The notes beneath the pieces are model-generated. The model was not told the origin of the DNA and ran no database searches. It was given only the letters and a program-made list of their open reading frames with translations. This document shows, in pieces, positions 27,990-37,777 of a DNA stretch of 64,000 bases; the stretch's first letter is position 1; each line of letters begins with the position of its first letter. The position numbers were made by a program, and so were the translations under genes. The DNA is from Vicinamibacteria bacterium (GTDB lineage: Bacteria > Acidobacteriota > Vicinamibacteria > Marinacidobacterales > Marinacidobacteraceae), in the NCBI GenBank assembly GCA_963422395.1, contig OY729431.1, positions 1,024,001 through 1,088,000 on the forward strand. The letters are read 5' to 3'.

Positions 27990-29552
27990 ATGTTTTCCGA
28001 GCCGCCGCTGCCCGCCGGCCTCTACGCGGCGATCGACCTCGGCTCCCGCAGTTTCCACCTGACCGTGGCCCGCGTCCACGGAGAGAACATCGAGGTGGTG
28101 GACCGGCTTCGGGAGCCGGTCCGGCTCGCTGCCGGTCTCCAGGAGAAGCGATTCGAAGCCGCGGTGTGGGAGCGAGCCGAAGCCGCCCTCGCCCGGCTCG
28201 GAGAACGCGTCCGGGATATTCCGCCGGCACAGGTCCGCGCCGTGGGCACGAATGCGTTCCGGCAGCTGCGCGGCCGGAAGGCGGTGCTCGCCCAAGCTGC
28301 CCGGGTGCTCGGGCACCGGGTCGAGGTCATCTCCGGCACCGAGGAAGCGCGCCTCATCTACCTCGGGGTCAGTGCGTCGCTGCCGCCTGGCGGCGGGAGG
28401 CGCCTGGTGCTGGATATCGGCGGCGGCAGCACCGAACTCGTGATCGGCCGGGGAGAGGAGCCGCTTTGCACCGCGAGCCTCTACATGGGGTGCGTGTCGT
28501 TCACCCGGCGCTTCTTTCCTGGCGGGGCCATCACGAAATCCGCCTTCGCTGCCGCCGAGACCGAAGCGCGCAGAGAGCTCGAGACCGTGGAGGAAAGGTT
28601 CTTCCGGGTGGGATGGACCGACGCCTTCGGCTCCTCCGGCACCGTGCGCGCGGCTTTCGATCTGCTCCGCGGCGATCTGCTCCGCGGGAAGGGCGGTCTC
28701 ACCCGGGCCGGGCTGAAGCGTCTCCGTGATCGGATGATCCGAGCCGCCGATGTCACAGCGCTGGCCGAAGGACCGGATGCCATCCCCGGATTTCCCGAAG
28801 ACCGCGCCCGGGATTTCCCCGGGGGTGTCGCGATTCTCCGCGCCGCGATGAAGACCCTGGACCTCGGGGAGCTCGAAGCCGCTGACGGAGCGCTGCGGGA
28901 GGGGGTGCTGTTCGACCTCATCGGACGGCGCCGCCGCCAGGATGTGCGCGAATCCACGATCCGCAACCTCATGGCCCAGTATCGGGTGGACCTCGAACAG
29001 GCCGCCCGGGTGCAATCCACCGCGCTCGCCGGGCTCCGGCAGCTGAAAGACGCCTGGGGACTCGGAGACGAGTCCTCGGAGCGGTTCCTCCGCTGGGCCG
29101 CCGACCTCCACGAGATCGGGCTCTCGGTGTCGTTCAGCGGCCATCACCGCCACGGCGCTTACATCGTCCGGAACTCGGAGATGCCGGGGTTTTCGCGGGA
29201 CGATCAGGAGCTGCTCGCGGCACTCATCGAGACCCAGCGCCAGCGTATCCGCGCCGGCCGGCTCGAAGAGCTCGCCGCCGCCGACCCCGCTGCCGCCGGC
29301 CGGCTCGCCGCCATCCTGAGGATCGCGGTGCTGCTCTGCCGCCGCCGGAGCCGGGAGCCGCTTCCGCGGATCGGCGCTGCCGCCGCCGGAGCGAGCCTCG
29401 ATCTCTCCTTCCCGCCGGGATGGCTGGGGCGCCACCCACTGACCCGCGCCGGGATCGGGCGGGAGACCGGCGAGCTCGCCGCGATCGGCATCGCGCTGAG
29501 CATCCGCGAGCCGGACGGGGGAATCGGCGGGTTCAGTCGGTCACGAAGCTGA
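27990..29552 (+). CDS. ppx: Exopolyphosphatase Ppx/GppA
   Basis: IDLGSRSFH, ISGTEEARLIYLG, DIGGGSTE, ALREG, LHEIG (HD domain). Confidence 0.93.
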   Translation: MFSEPPLPAGLYAAIDLGSRSFHLTVARVHGENIEVVDRLREPVRLAAGLQEKRFEAAVWERAEAALARLGERVRDIPPAQVRAVGTNAFRQLRGRKAVLAQAARVLGHRVEVISGTEEARLIYLGVSASLPPGGGRRLVLDIGGGSTELVIGRGEEPLCTASLYMGCVSFTRRFFPGGAITKSAFAAAETEARRELETVEERFFRVGWTDAFGSSGTVRAAFDLLRGDLLRGKGGLTRAGLKRLRDRMIRAADVTALAEGPDAIPGFPEDRARDFPGGVAILRAAMKTLDLGELEAADGALREGVLFDLIGRRRRQDVRESTIRNLMAQYRVDLEQAARVQSTALAGLRQLKDAWGLGDESSERFLRWAADLHEIGLSVSFSGHHRHGAYIVRNSEMPGFSRDDQELLAALIETQRQRIRAGRLEELAAADPAAAGRLAAILRIAVLLCRRRSREPLPRIGAAAAGASLDLSFPPGWLGRHPLTRAGIGRETGELAAIGIALSIREPDGGIGGFSRSRS

Positions 29553-30111
29553 AGATCTTGAAGCGGCCGTCCTGCTCGATCATCGAGCCGAAGAGCTGGA
29601 CGACAGCCTGTTGTCCGCCCGGGCGGCGGACGGTGAGCGTGGTCTGGCGGTGGACCCGGAAGGGTCCGTAGTCGGTGGTCTCACCGGCGAAATCCACAGC
29701 GACGAGTTCCAGCGGCTCTCCCCGGTAGCGGTCGAGGGTGAACGCCAGCGAGTTCCGGCTGCGCTGATGCAGCATGCTCCAGACGAAGTCCGCCGAAGTG
29801 TTCCGCTCGGGGCGGCTCGCCGGCAGCTCGGGGTACACCAGCTCGTGGAATTCCGTTTCATCGAGGGCGATCTCGTGCAGGGTTTCCGGATCGCCGTTTT
29901 CGATCAGGTCGAGGGCCCGTTGCGCCGCCGCCTCGGCGGATTCGAATCCGCCCGTGAAGGAGACAACGGCTTCTTCCATCTCCCGAGGGAGATGCGCCGG
30001 TTGTTCGGAAGACCGGCCGCTGCTGCACGCGGCACCGGCGACCGCGAGAGATGCGGAAAAAACCAGAGCCGACTTCAACGCCGGGCTCAGTTCTGCGCGA
30101 AGTCGGTCCAA
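29533..30111 (-). CDS. Hypothetical lipoprotein, third gene of the TBDR operon
   Basis: Lipobox AGAAC; start overlaps the upstream gene end; coding-like codon usage. Confidence 0.75.
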   Translation of the reverse strand: MDRLRAELSPALKSALVFSASLAVAGAACSSGRSSEQPAHLPREMEEAVVSFTGGFESAEAAAQRALDLIENGDPETLHEIALDETEFHELVYPELPASRPERNTSADFVWSMLHQRSRNSLAFTLDRYRGEPLELVAVDFAGETTDYGPFRVHRQTTLTVRRPGGQQAVVQLFGSMIEQDGRFKIFSFVTD

Positions 30112-31439
30112 CCTCGGAACCAGTCGTCGTCCGGGCCGCAGGCGCCGGCGTAGGTCACGGGGTCGAAGAACCCGTCAGCCGGAGGCAGCGCGGTGCCGGG
30201 AGTCAGGAGCGCCGGCGAACCGGCCTGAGGCCGGCAGTCGGGAGCGGTGAGGTTGTACGGATCGGTGAGCATCGGATCGAGCTCGACGAGCAGCGCCGCG
30301 GCGGCGAAATCCCGGGTCGAGAACGAGGGCGCCGGGTCCTCGCCGGAATCGTCGTCGAAGTTGGCTTCGAGGTTGCCCCAGAAGATCGAGTTCTTCACCA
30401 CCAGCGATCCGTTCTCGGCGTTCTGGTAGGTCGCGGCGTTGTCGATGTCGAGCCCGGTCTCCTTGAAACCGATCACGATCGCGTTCGCGATGGTGGCGGC
30501 GGTGCCCTCGCGGAGCAGCATGCCGATGTCGCTCTCGTCGCCCTCGTCGGTATCGGGGTCTCCGATCAGGGTGAGGTTGTAGAGGGTCGGGTTCGAACGC
30601 GGGATCAGGTCGTTGTTCTCGCCGTTGTTGTCGGCCTCGATCCCCTGGTCGGCGTCATCGCCGCGCTGCTGGGCGATCCAGAACTGTCCGCGGCCGGTCC
30701 AGCCGTCGGTCCAGTCGAAACTGTCGTCGGCGATCCCGGTACAGATCACATGTTTGGCGTCCACCGTTCCGCCGAAGAATTCGACACCGTCGTCCTTGTT
30801 GAAGTGCACCTGGATGTAGTCCACGACGGTGCCGTTGCCGACGCCCTGGAAGGCGATGCCGTTCAGCTCGTTGTCCGGGCTGAACTCGGTGCCGGCGAAC
30901 TCGACGCGGACATAGCGGAGCACGCCGCTGTCGTCGGCCCGGAGCAGCCCGCCGTAGATCCCGGTGCCGCCTTCGCCCTCGGCGGTCCCGCCGGGAATGT
31001 TCAGCGGAGCGTTACCGTTGATGATGAGACCGCCCCAGTCGCCGCGGCTCCGCTGGCCGTCGGGCTGATCGCTGGTCATCACGATGGGCGCCTCGGCGGT
31101 GCCGTCCGCGACGATCTTGCCGCCGCGCGAGACGATGAGGGCGCCGTTCGTCGCGTTCTCTCCGAAGATCCGGGTGCCGGCCTCGATGGTGAGGGTGGTG
31201 CCGGAGCCCACGAACACTGCGCCGCGCAGCACGTACTCGGTGTCCGCAGTCCAAGTGGTTTCCGCTGAGATCGTGCCGGTGACGATGGTGGGTCCGGTGG
31301 CCCCGACAGGCCCGGTGGGCTGGGCGGCCGGAGTGGTCGTGGAACCACCGTTGTCCTCGCAGGCGGAGAAGCCGGCGAGGGGCGCTGCCAGCAGGATGGC
31401 GGAGAGAGCTCGAGGGAAAGCGGTGTTTTTCTTGCGCAT
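30087..31439 (-). CDS. Acidic right-handed beta-helix lipoprotein associated with a TonB-dependent receptor
   Basis: ATG 31439 with AAGGAGG SD, lipobox FSAC, motifs DDSGVLRYVRVEFAG, ELNGIAF.GVG.GT, DDGVEFFGG, DDSFDW, GIEADN. Confidence 0.85.
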   Translation of the reverse strand: MRKKNTAFPRALSAILLAAPLAGFSACEDNGGSTTTPAAQPTGPVGATGPTIVTGTISAETTWTADTEYVLRGAVFVGSGTTLTIEAGTRIFGENATNGALIVSRGGKIVADGTAEAPIVMTSDQPDGQRSRGDWGGLIINGNAPLNIPGGTAEGEGGTGIYGGLLRADDSGVLRYVRVEFAGTEFSPDNELNGIAFQGVGNGTVVDYIQVHFNKDDGVEFFGGTVDAKHVICTGIADDSFDWTDGWTGRGQFWIAQQRGDDADQGIEADNNGENNDLIPRSNPTLYNLTLIGDPDTDEGDESDIGMLLREGTAATIANAIVIGFKETGLDIDNAATYQNAENGSLVVKNSIFWGNLEANFDDDSGEDPAPSFSTRDFAAAALLVELDPMLTDPYNLTAPDCRPQAGSPALLTPGTALPPADGFFDPVTYAGACGPDDDWFRGWTDFAQN

Positions 31440-31570
31440 GGAGAAACCTCCTTCAGCTGCGCTGATCGAAGAGGGGAAGGAAAGGGCGAGTGGCAGGGAG
31501 GCTTCCAGGAAATCCCTCTTCGCCTCGGATTCACCGTGGTGCCAAGGATGCGGGATGCCGAAAGGCGCGG

Positions 31571-34402
31571 TCAGAAGACCGCATAGGAGAGGCCGATGGA
31601 GAACGAGCGGCCGAGGCTGAAGACCCGCTGGAGTCGCCCGCCCTGGGTGAACTCGTACGGGGAATCCAGCAGGTTGTCGAACGCGGCACGCAGGTTCAGC
31701 GAGCCGAAGCGTTTGAGGAACACCGCGTCGAGCACCCCGCGCCCGGTCTCGTGGATGTCCGGCATTCCGAGCGATCCGACATCCACGATGCGGTCCCCGA
31801 AGTAGTTGTAGAGGATGCGCACGCTGCTCCCGATTTCGGGCAGGTCCACCTCCAGGCTCAGGTTGAAGACATGCGCCGACTGTCCTGCGAGCGGCCGCTC
31901 GAGGCTCGTCTGCACCTGTCCAGCGGTCTCTTCGAGTTCGATCTGCGAGTTCACGAAGGTGTAGTTCGCCGAGCCCGTCATCCGGCCGAGGCGCCGCCGG
32001 GCTTCCAGTTCGACTCCGGTGTTCCGGGCGCCGAGGGCGTTCGCGTACGAGGTACGGAGCTGTGCGGTCGGCTGCACGATCCGCTCGATGGGGTTCGTGA
32101 AGTGCTTGTAGAAAATGCTGGCGGCCAACACTTCGGCGGCGCTGGGAAAGGTTTCGATGCGGAGATCCACATTCCGGATGAGTGCGCGCTCGAGATTCGG
32201 ATTCCCGACGACCGCGCGGCCCCCCACCACATCGGTGAACTCGAAGGGCGCCAGCTCGCGGAACTCCGGCCGGTTCACGGTATGGCTGTATCCGCCGCGC
32301 AGATTCGTCCGGCCCGAGAGCGCATACACCGCGTTCACTCCCGGCAGCAGATCGGTGTCGGAAAGCTTCGCAGTGACGGTTTCGCCGGCGGTGGAGAACG
32401 GATCGAAGGTGTCCACTCGCTGTTCCGAACGCTCGACCCGCGCCCCCCCGATCAGCCGCAGTTCGGTGGTGATCGGGAGGTCCAGCATTCCGTAGAAAGC
32501 CGAAACCGTCTGCTCGGCGGCGTAGGTATCGGTGGGTCGGGTCTCCTCGCGCAGTTCGTAGGCGATTCCGATGTTCTGGGGAGTGAAGATCTGTTCCGGC
32601 GGAAGGGTGAGATCCACGAATCCGCTGCCCTTCGGCGTCATGCGGAAACGGCGCGAGGCGAAGCCGCGCTCGCGCACGGTGAGCTGCGGGCCGGCCTTGA
32701 GCATGGTGGGGAGGCCGCCCCACTGGGTGAAGAAGGAGGTCCAGTCGAGGCCGGCATCGATCACTTCGTCGTCGAGCTCGTTGAACATGCGGAATCCGCT
32801 CTGCGACTCGTCCGCGAGCACGAAGGAATCGATGGACGGGTTGAACTCGTAGAGCGTTTCCCGGAGGTCGGGTTCGTCGCGCGCGGCCCGCGACAGGTTG
32901 GCTTTCCATTCCACCTGGCTCGAACCCATCGATGCGAATCGGTGTTCTCCCGAAAGCTGCGAAGAGAAGATGGTCTCCTCGACCCAGAAGAGTCGGGTAT
33001 TGCGGATGTTCTCGCCGACATCGTTGTTGTACCCCTCGAAGATCCGCACCTCGTTCTTCGAGTTGTGGGTATAGAAGTTCTCGAGGGCGACGCGGTGGCT
33101 GCCGGAGAACTTGTAGGCGAGGTTTCCGACCATGCCGGTCGAAGTCTTCGAGGTGGTGATATCGAATTCGTAGTCGTTCTGGACCTCGAGATCTCCGCCG
33201 GACACCGCGAAGAAGGTGCGGTCCTCCTGCTGGCTTTGATGGTCCTGGGACCAGGTGGCGCTGAAGATGGCGCCGAGCCGGCCCCAGCTGTTTCCGGCGA
33301 CGAAACTGTAGGACTGGCCCTGCCGCACCGATTCGGTTCGGGGAGACCAGATATTCGAGAAGGACTCTCCCATCGCTTCGAGTTCCGCGGAACGGAAACC
33401 GGCGGTGGTGAACCGGCTGGTGCGCACCACCTTGCTGCTCGGGATCGCTCCAGGAAGGCTGCGGGAACCGTCGTCGAAGCCGAGCCAGTCGCGTCCGCCG
33501 CCGGTATAGGTCAACCCGTCGGCGAAAGTGGTGGCGGTGTTGTAACTCTGGGATATCGAAAGGTTCAGCACCGCTTCGGTCGGGAACGAGAGGGGATCGA
33601 TCTCCACCAGCCCGCCCGAGAAGTCCGCCGGCTTGTCCGGGAGGTACGACTTCACCACAGAAACGCTTTCGATGAGGCCGGTGGGAAAGAGGTCGAGCGG
33701 GACGACCCTTTTGTCGGGCTCCGTCGTCGGGAGCACCGCTCCGTTCAGCGTGGTGTTCGAGTAGCGCTCTCCGAGTCCGCGGACGAAGACATACTGGTTG
33801 TCCACCACCGTGAGTCCGGTGATGCGCTTCATGGCGGCCGCGGCGTTCGAATCCGCGTTCTGCTTCATCTCGTCGGACGCGAGGTTGTCGGTGATGGCCG
33901 CCGCTTTCTGCCGTTCGACGAGCTGGGCTTCCGCGGTGAAGAGTTCGGGTTCCATGACTTCGGCGGTCACCACTACCTCCTCGGCGAAGCGCTCCATCTT
34001 CAGCGCGACATCCAGGCGGGTGGTCGCCCCGGCCTCGACCTCGACCGGAACGACCGCCTCTTCATAACCCGCAAAGCGCACTCGGATCTCCTGCGGGCCG
34101 GCCGGCAGGGTGATCAGGAAGGCTCCGTCGAGTTCGGTGAAGGTCGTCTCGCCGGTTGCGGCGATGGTGATCGGAGCGGCGGGCAGCGTCATCGCGTTGA
34201 ACCCGTCGCGGACCACCCCGGCGATCTGTCCGGTCTCGTCCTGCGCGGCGGCGGGAAGGACGGCGAAGAGGTTGCCGCCGGCTGCGGCGGCCAGCGCGGC
34301 TGCGATGGCCTGCAGGGAGGTCGGCAGGCGCCGGTGGGAGGAACCGGTCGGGTCGGCGGAACGGGGGGGTGCTCCCCGGAGACGGAGATACGGCTTGAAC
34401 AT
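31571..34402 (-). CDS. TonB-dependent receptor with N-terminal carboxypeptidase-regulatory-like domain (start uncertain)
   Basis: TonB box EEVVVTA, plug VRGLGERY..TLNG..VPLDLFP, barrel RPEFRELAPF, GNPNL, NLLD, terminal Phe. Confidence 0.93.
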   Translation of the reverse strand: MFKPYLRLRGAPPRSADPTGSSHRRLPTSLQAIAAALAAAAGGNLFAVLPAAAQDETGQIAGVVRDGFNAMTLPAAPITIAATGETTFTELDGAFLITLPAGPQEIRVRFAGYEEAVVPVEVEAGATTRLDVALKMERFAEEVVVTAEVMEPELFTAEAQLVERQKAAAITDNLASDEMKQNADSNAAAAMKRITGLTVVDNQYVFVRGLGERYSNTTLNGAVLPTTEPDKRVVPLDLFPTGLIESVSVVKSYLPDKPADFSGGLVEIDPLSFPTEAVLNLSISQSYNTATTFADGLTYTGGGRDWLGFDDGSRSLPGAIPSSKVVRTSRFTTAGFRSAELEAMGESFSNIWSPRTESVRQGQSYSFVAGNSWGRLGAIFSATWSQDHQSQQEDRTFFAVSGGDLEVQNDYEFDITTSKTSTGMVGNLAYKFSGSHRVALENFYTHNSKNEVRIFEGYNNDVGENIRNTRLFWVEETIFSSQLSGEHRFASMGSSQVEWKANLSRAARDEPDLRETLYEFNPSIDSFVLADESQSGFRMFNELDDEVIDAGLDWTSFFTQWGGLPTMLKAGPQLTVRERGFASRRFRMTPKGSGFVDLTLPPEQIFTPQNIGIAYELREETRPTDTYAAEQTVSAFYGMLDLPITTELRLIGGARVERSEQRVDTFDPFSTAGETVTAKLSDTDLLPGVNAVYALSGRTNLRGGYSHTVNRPEFRELAPFEFTDVVGGRAVVGNPNLERALIRNVDLRIETFPSAAEVLAASIFYKHFTNPIERIVQPTAQLRTSYANALGARNTGVELEARRRLGRMTGSANYTFVNSQIELEETAGQVQTSLERPLAGQSAHVFNLSLEVDLPEIGSSVRILYNYFGDRIVDVGSLGMPDIHETGRGVLDAVFLKRFGSLNLRAAFDNLLDSPYEFTQGGRLQRVFSLGRSFSIGLSYAVF

Positions 34403-34609
34403 CGGCGCGGATTGTGGGTTCTCGTCGTTGCGCCTCCTTGAAGGACGCAAGACATTCCGCCCAAAACTCGACGAAGTTCCGTGAATCCGGATCGACCTGG
34501 CGCGGCATGGGTCGACCCGGCGCGTCCTGATCTTCTTCGGGCATCGACCCTTCGGAAATTTCCGCAGGGAACGGGCGGCCCCCCCTGTCCCCGGGGTATC
34601 CACAGACTG

Positions 34610-34804
34610 TTAGCAGCCTGTGGACGAAGTCACACGGCCAAAGGCCGGCGATGCCCAGTTCTCCCGGTGGGGCCCCCGGCTGAACGCTTCGCTCGGCGTT
34701 GCGATTCGGTCGGAATACACCCGGTATGCCTCCCGAATCGCGCCTTGTCAGCCGGGCGCCTCCCCGATCTTGGGGCTCGCGTCACTTCATCCACAGGCTG
34801 CTAG
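34610..34804 (+). mobile_element. MITE family B, copy 1
   Basis: TIRs CAGCCTGTGGACGAAGT ... ACTTCATCCACAGGCTG, flanked by TTAG/CTAG; no ORF; homologous to the copies at 37582 and 52878. Confidence 0.88.
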
Positions 34805-34825
34805 CATTCGCCGGCGCGACGGACC

Positions 34826-35530
34826 GTGAAGCGAATCCTGGTCATCGAAGACGACCCCGACATCGTCGAACTGTTGCGCTACAACCTGGAGCGCGAGTCG
34901 TACACGGTGACCTCCGCCTACACCGGCGCCGAGGGGCTGGCCCGGCTGCGCCGGGAGCACCCGGATCTCTTGATCCTCGACCTGATGCTGCCCGAGGTCA
35001 GCGGGTTCGAGCTGTGCCGGCAAGTGCGGCGCGATCCCGAGCTCCGCGACCTTCCGGTCATCATGCTGACCGCGCGCAGCGAGGAAGCCGATGTGATCGC
35101 AGGGATCGAACTCGGCGCCGACGACTACCTCACCAAGCCGTTCAGCCCGCGCGAACTCACCGCCCGGGTCGGAGCCGTCCTCCGCCGGATGGGGCGGGCC
35201 GAGCCGCCGAGCGGGGGTGCCGTCGCCGAAACGCTGCAGTTCGGCGAGCTGGAGATCGATCCGGGAGCGCACCGGGTGCTGCGCGCGGGCGCCGACCTGC
35301 CGATCACCCACCTCGAGTTCAAGCTGCTCCACTACCTCGCATCCCGTCCGAAACGGGTCTTTTCGCGGCAGCATCTCCTCGACCGGGTGTGGGGCCGCGA
35401 GAAGTACCTCACCCTCCGAAATGTGGATGTCCATGTGCGGCGGCTGCGCCGGAAAGTGGACCCGCCGGACGGTCCTTCCCTGCTGCAGACGGTTCGGGGG
35501 GCCGGGTACCGCTTCGAACCGCCGCCCTGA
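34826..35530 (+). CDS. phoB: OmpR/PhoB-family response regulator (likely PhoB/PhoP)
   Basis: IEDD, LDLMLP, LTAR, ADDYLTKPFSPREL, VDVHVRRLR, TVRGAGY; next to a PhoR-like kinase and ppx. Confidence 0.8.
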   Translation: MKRILVIEDDPDIVELLRYNLERESYTVTSAYTGAEGLARLRREHPDLLILDLMLPEVSGFELCRQVRRDPELRDLPVIMLTARSEEADVIAGIELGADDYLTKPFSPRELTARVGAVLRRMGRAEPPSGGAVAETLQFGELEIDPGAHRVLRAGADLPITHLEFKLLHYLASRPKRVFSRQHLLDRVWGREKYLTLRNVDVHVRRLRRKVDPPDGPSLLQTVRGAGYRFEPPP

Positions 35531-37533
35531 CCGGAAGCTCCTCGACCGACAGCCGGACCGGAGGGGACGGGAGACCTTCCGGAAGCGGCTGGCGGCTTCG
35601 CCGGCCCTCCCGCCTTGCGATCCGGCTGGCCGTCGCGAGTCTGGCGATTGCGCTGGCACCGCTCATCGTGGTGCTGCTGACCGCGGCGCAGGCAGTGCGG
35701 GGGAGCGCCGTCGCCTCCACCTTTGCGAGTCTCGACGCCGTGGCCGAAGTCGGGCTCGGCTCCCCTCCGGGAGACGCCTCGTCCGCTGCCCTCGTGGACT
35801 GGGCGATGGCGCTCGCCGCCTTCGAATCGGCGCCGGGAGCGGAGCGGAGCACTCCTCCCGGACGGCAGCGGCGGGTGACGCTGATCGCGCGCGACGGGAG
35901 GGTACTCGCCGATTCCCACGAAGACGCCGAGACGATGGACAATCACGAAGGCCGACCCGAGATCGTGGCGGCCTTCACCTCCGGGTATGGCCGCTCGCAG
36001 CGGTTCAGCGACACCCGCGGCGAGGAGCTGACCTATGTGGCGGTCCGGCCGCCGTGGAACCAGGAGACGGTGCTCCGGCTCTCGGAACCCGTGGTCCGCA
36101 TCGAGGAGACCATCCGGGCCATCCTGACTCCGGTCACGGTGGTGGCGCTGCTCGCGGCGGGCGGCGCCGCCGCGCTCTCCTTCTGGTACTCCGCCCGGTT
36201 CGGCGACCGGGTGGCCCGGCTCTGTCGGTTTTCCGAGCGGGTGGCGCAGGGGGATTTCACCCCGGAGACCGCGCCGCTCCGGATGGACGAGCTGGACGAA
36301 CTCCTCGCGTCGCTGAACCGGACGGCGAAGGCGCTCGAGACGAGCTTTCGATCCCTGACTGCGGAGAAGAACCAGGGGGCGACGATCCTCTCCAGCATGG
36401 TGGAAGGCGTTGCGGTGCTCGACCGGGATCTGCGGATCCAGTATCTGAACGGTGCGTTCCGCGAGGCGCTGTCGCTGCCCGGAGAGTCCTGGCGGGAGTA
36501 CCGCGGCCGCGACGCCCACCAGGTCCTCGAAGAAAAGCGCCTGCTGAAAATGGTCAAGGCCGCGATGCGAGGCAAGTCCCGCGAGCGCCAGATCTCGCTG
36601 AAAGGGCGCGAAGTGCTCGCCCGCGGGGCCCCGGTCGTGTCCTCCGAGGCCGAAGGCCGCGCGGGCGGAGGGACCCGGGGCGAAGAAGCTCGAGGCAGCG
36701 AGCCCGCAGGAGCGGTACTCGTCCTGATGGATGTCACCCGCCTCCACGCACTGGAGCGGGTCCGTCAGGACTTCGTGGCCAATCTGTCCCACGAGTTGAA
36801 AACTCCGCTGACTGCGATCCGCGGTTTCGCGGAAACGCTGCTGGACGGCGATCTCGACGGCCCGCCGGAGCGGCGGCGATTCTTGGGGATCATCCGGGAA
36901 CACGCTGTCCGGCTCTCCCGGCTCACCGACGATCTGCTGAAACTGGCGCGTATCGAAGCCGGCAAGCTGGATGCCGATTTCGTTCCGGTCCGGATCCACC
37001 GGGTCGTGGCGCCCATCGTGGAATCGGCGCAGGTGAAAGCGGGGGGCCGCACCGTGATCGCCCGGGATTCGAAGGGGGGACCGCTCGTCGAAACCGATCC
37101 CACCCTGCTGACCGAGATCTTGCAGAACCTGGTGGACAATGCCATCCAGTATTCCGGCGACGACGGCCGGATCGAGGTCGTGACGAAGCGAACCGACGGC
37201 GAAGTGCGGATCGCGGTGCACGACAACGGGGTCGGCATCCCCGAGCGCCATCACGCCCGGATCTTCGAGCGCTTCTACCGCGTGGACGCCGCGCGCTCCC
37301 GTACGGTGGGGGGTACCGGGCTCGGTCTCGCCATCTCGCGGCACCTGGCGGAAATGCTCGGTGGACGGATCGAGGTCGAGAGCGCGCCGCGCCGGGGCTC
37401 GCGGTTCACCGTCGTCTTGCCGGCGCGGCGATCCGCGCTTCGCTCGCTCGATCGGGAGGAAGCCGGCGAACCGGCTGGGCTCGGCAGTCCGGGCTGGATA
37501 GCGGAACCGGCAGCGAAAGCCGGCGGTTGCTGA
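35527..37533 (+). CDS. phoR: PhoR-like sensor histidine kinase (start uncertain)
   Basis: TM-sCache (RVTLI..DG.VLADS..MDNH..RPE)-TM-HAMP-PAS, DFVANLSHELKTPL, NLVDNA, IFERFYRVD..RSR..GGTGLGLAI. Confidence 0.85.
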   Translation: MTGSSSTDSRTGGDGRPSGSGWRLRRPSRLAIRLAVASLAIALAPLIVVLLTAAQAVRGSAVASTFASLDAVAEVGLGSPPGDASSAALVDWAMALAAFESAPGAERSTPPGRQRRVTLIARDGRVLADSHEDAETMDNHEGRPEIVAAFTSGYGRSQRFSDTRGEELTYVAVRPPWNQETVLRLSEPVVRIEETIRAILTPVTVVALLAAGGAAALSFWYSARFGDRVARLCRFSERVAQGDFTPETAPLRMDELDELLASLNRTAKALETSFRSLTAEKNQGATILSSMVEGVAVLDRDLRIQYLNGAFREALSLPGESWREYRGRDAHQVLEEKRLLKMVKAAMRGKSRERQISLKGREVLARGAPVVSSEAEGRAGGGTRGEEARGSEPAGAVLVLMDVTRLHALERVRQDFVANLSHELKTPLTAIRGFAETLLDGDLDGPPERRRFLGIIREHAVRLSRLTDDLLKLARIEAGKLDADFVPVRIHRVVAPIVESAQVKAGGRTVIARDSKGGPLVETDPTLLTEILQNLVDNAIQYSGDDGRIEVVTKRTDGEVRIAVHDNGVGIPERHHARIFERFYRVDAARSRTVGGTGLGLAISRHLAEMLGGRIEVESAPRRGSRFTVVLPARRSALRSLDREEAGEPAGLGSPGWIAEPAAKAGGC

Positions 37534-37581
37534 CTGTCGGCGCTCGGCTCGCCGAGGCGCGGTTCAGCAGGCCTCGAATCA

Positions 37582-37777
37582 CTAGCAGTCTGTGGATGAA
37601 GTGGCGCGAGCCCCAAGGTTGGGGAGGCGCCCGGCTGACGAGGCGCGATTCGGGAGGCATACCGGGAGTATTCCGACGGAATCGCAACGCCGAGCGAAGC
37701 GGTTCAGGCGGGGCCCCCACCGGGAGGACTGGGCATCGCCGATCGACAGCCGTGTGACTTTGTCCACGGGCTGCTAG
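37582..37777 (-). mobile_element. MITE family B, copy 2 (inverted relative to copy 1)
   Basis: CTAG-CAGTCTGTGGATGAAGT ... ACTTTGTCCACGGGCTG-CTAG; the right CTAG contains the rnr stop codon. Confidence 0.88.

Noticed and set aside
1880-34441. Very long ORFs such as 1880..4918, 6782..9907, 12509..15784, 17259..20474, 17627..20677 and 31490..34441
   Set aside because: These are antisense or alternate-frame shadows of well-supported genes in 70% GC DNA, with no motifs of their own. Only the 3' end of 1880..4918 is real (rlpA).
34403-34600. Pho boxes upstream of the TBDR
   Set aside because: Only weak TTCA/GTC-like words at 10-11 bp spacing; not distinguishable from chance by eye.
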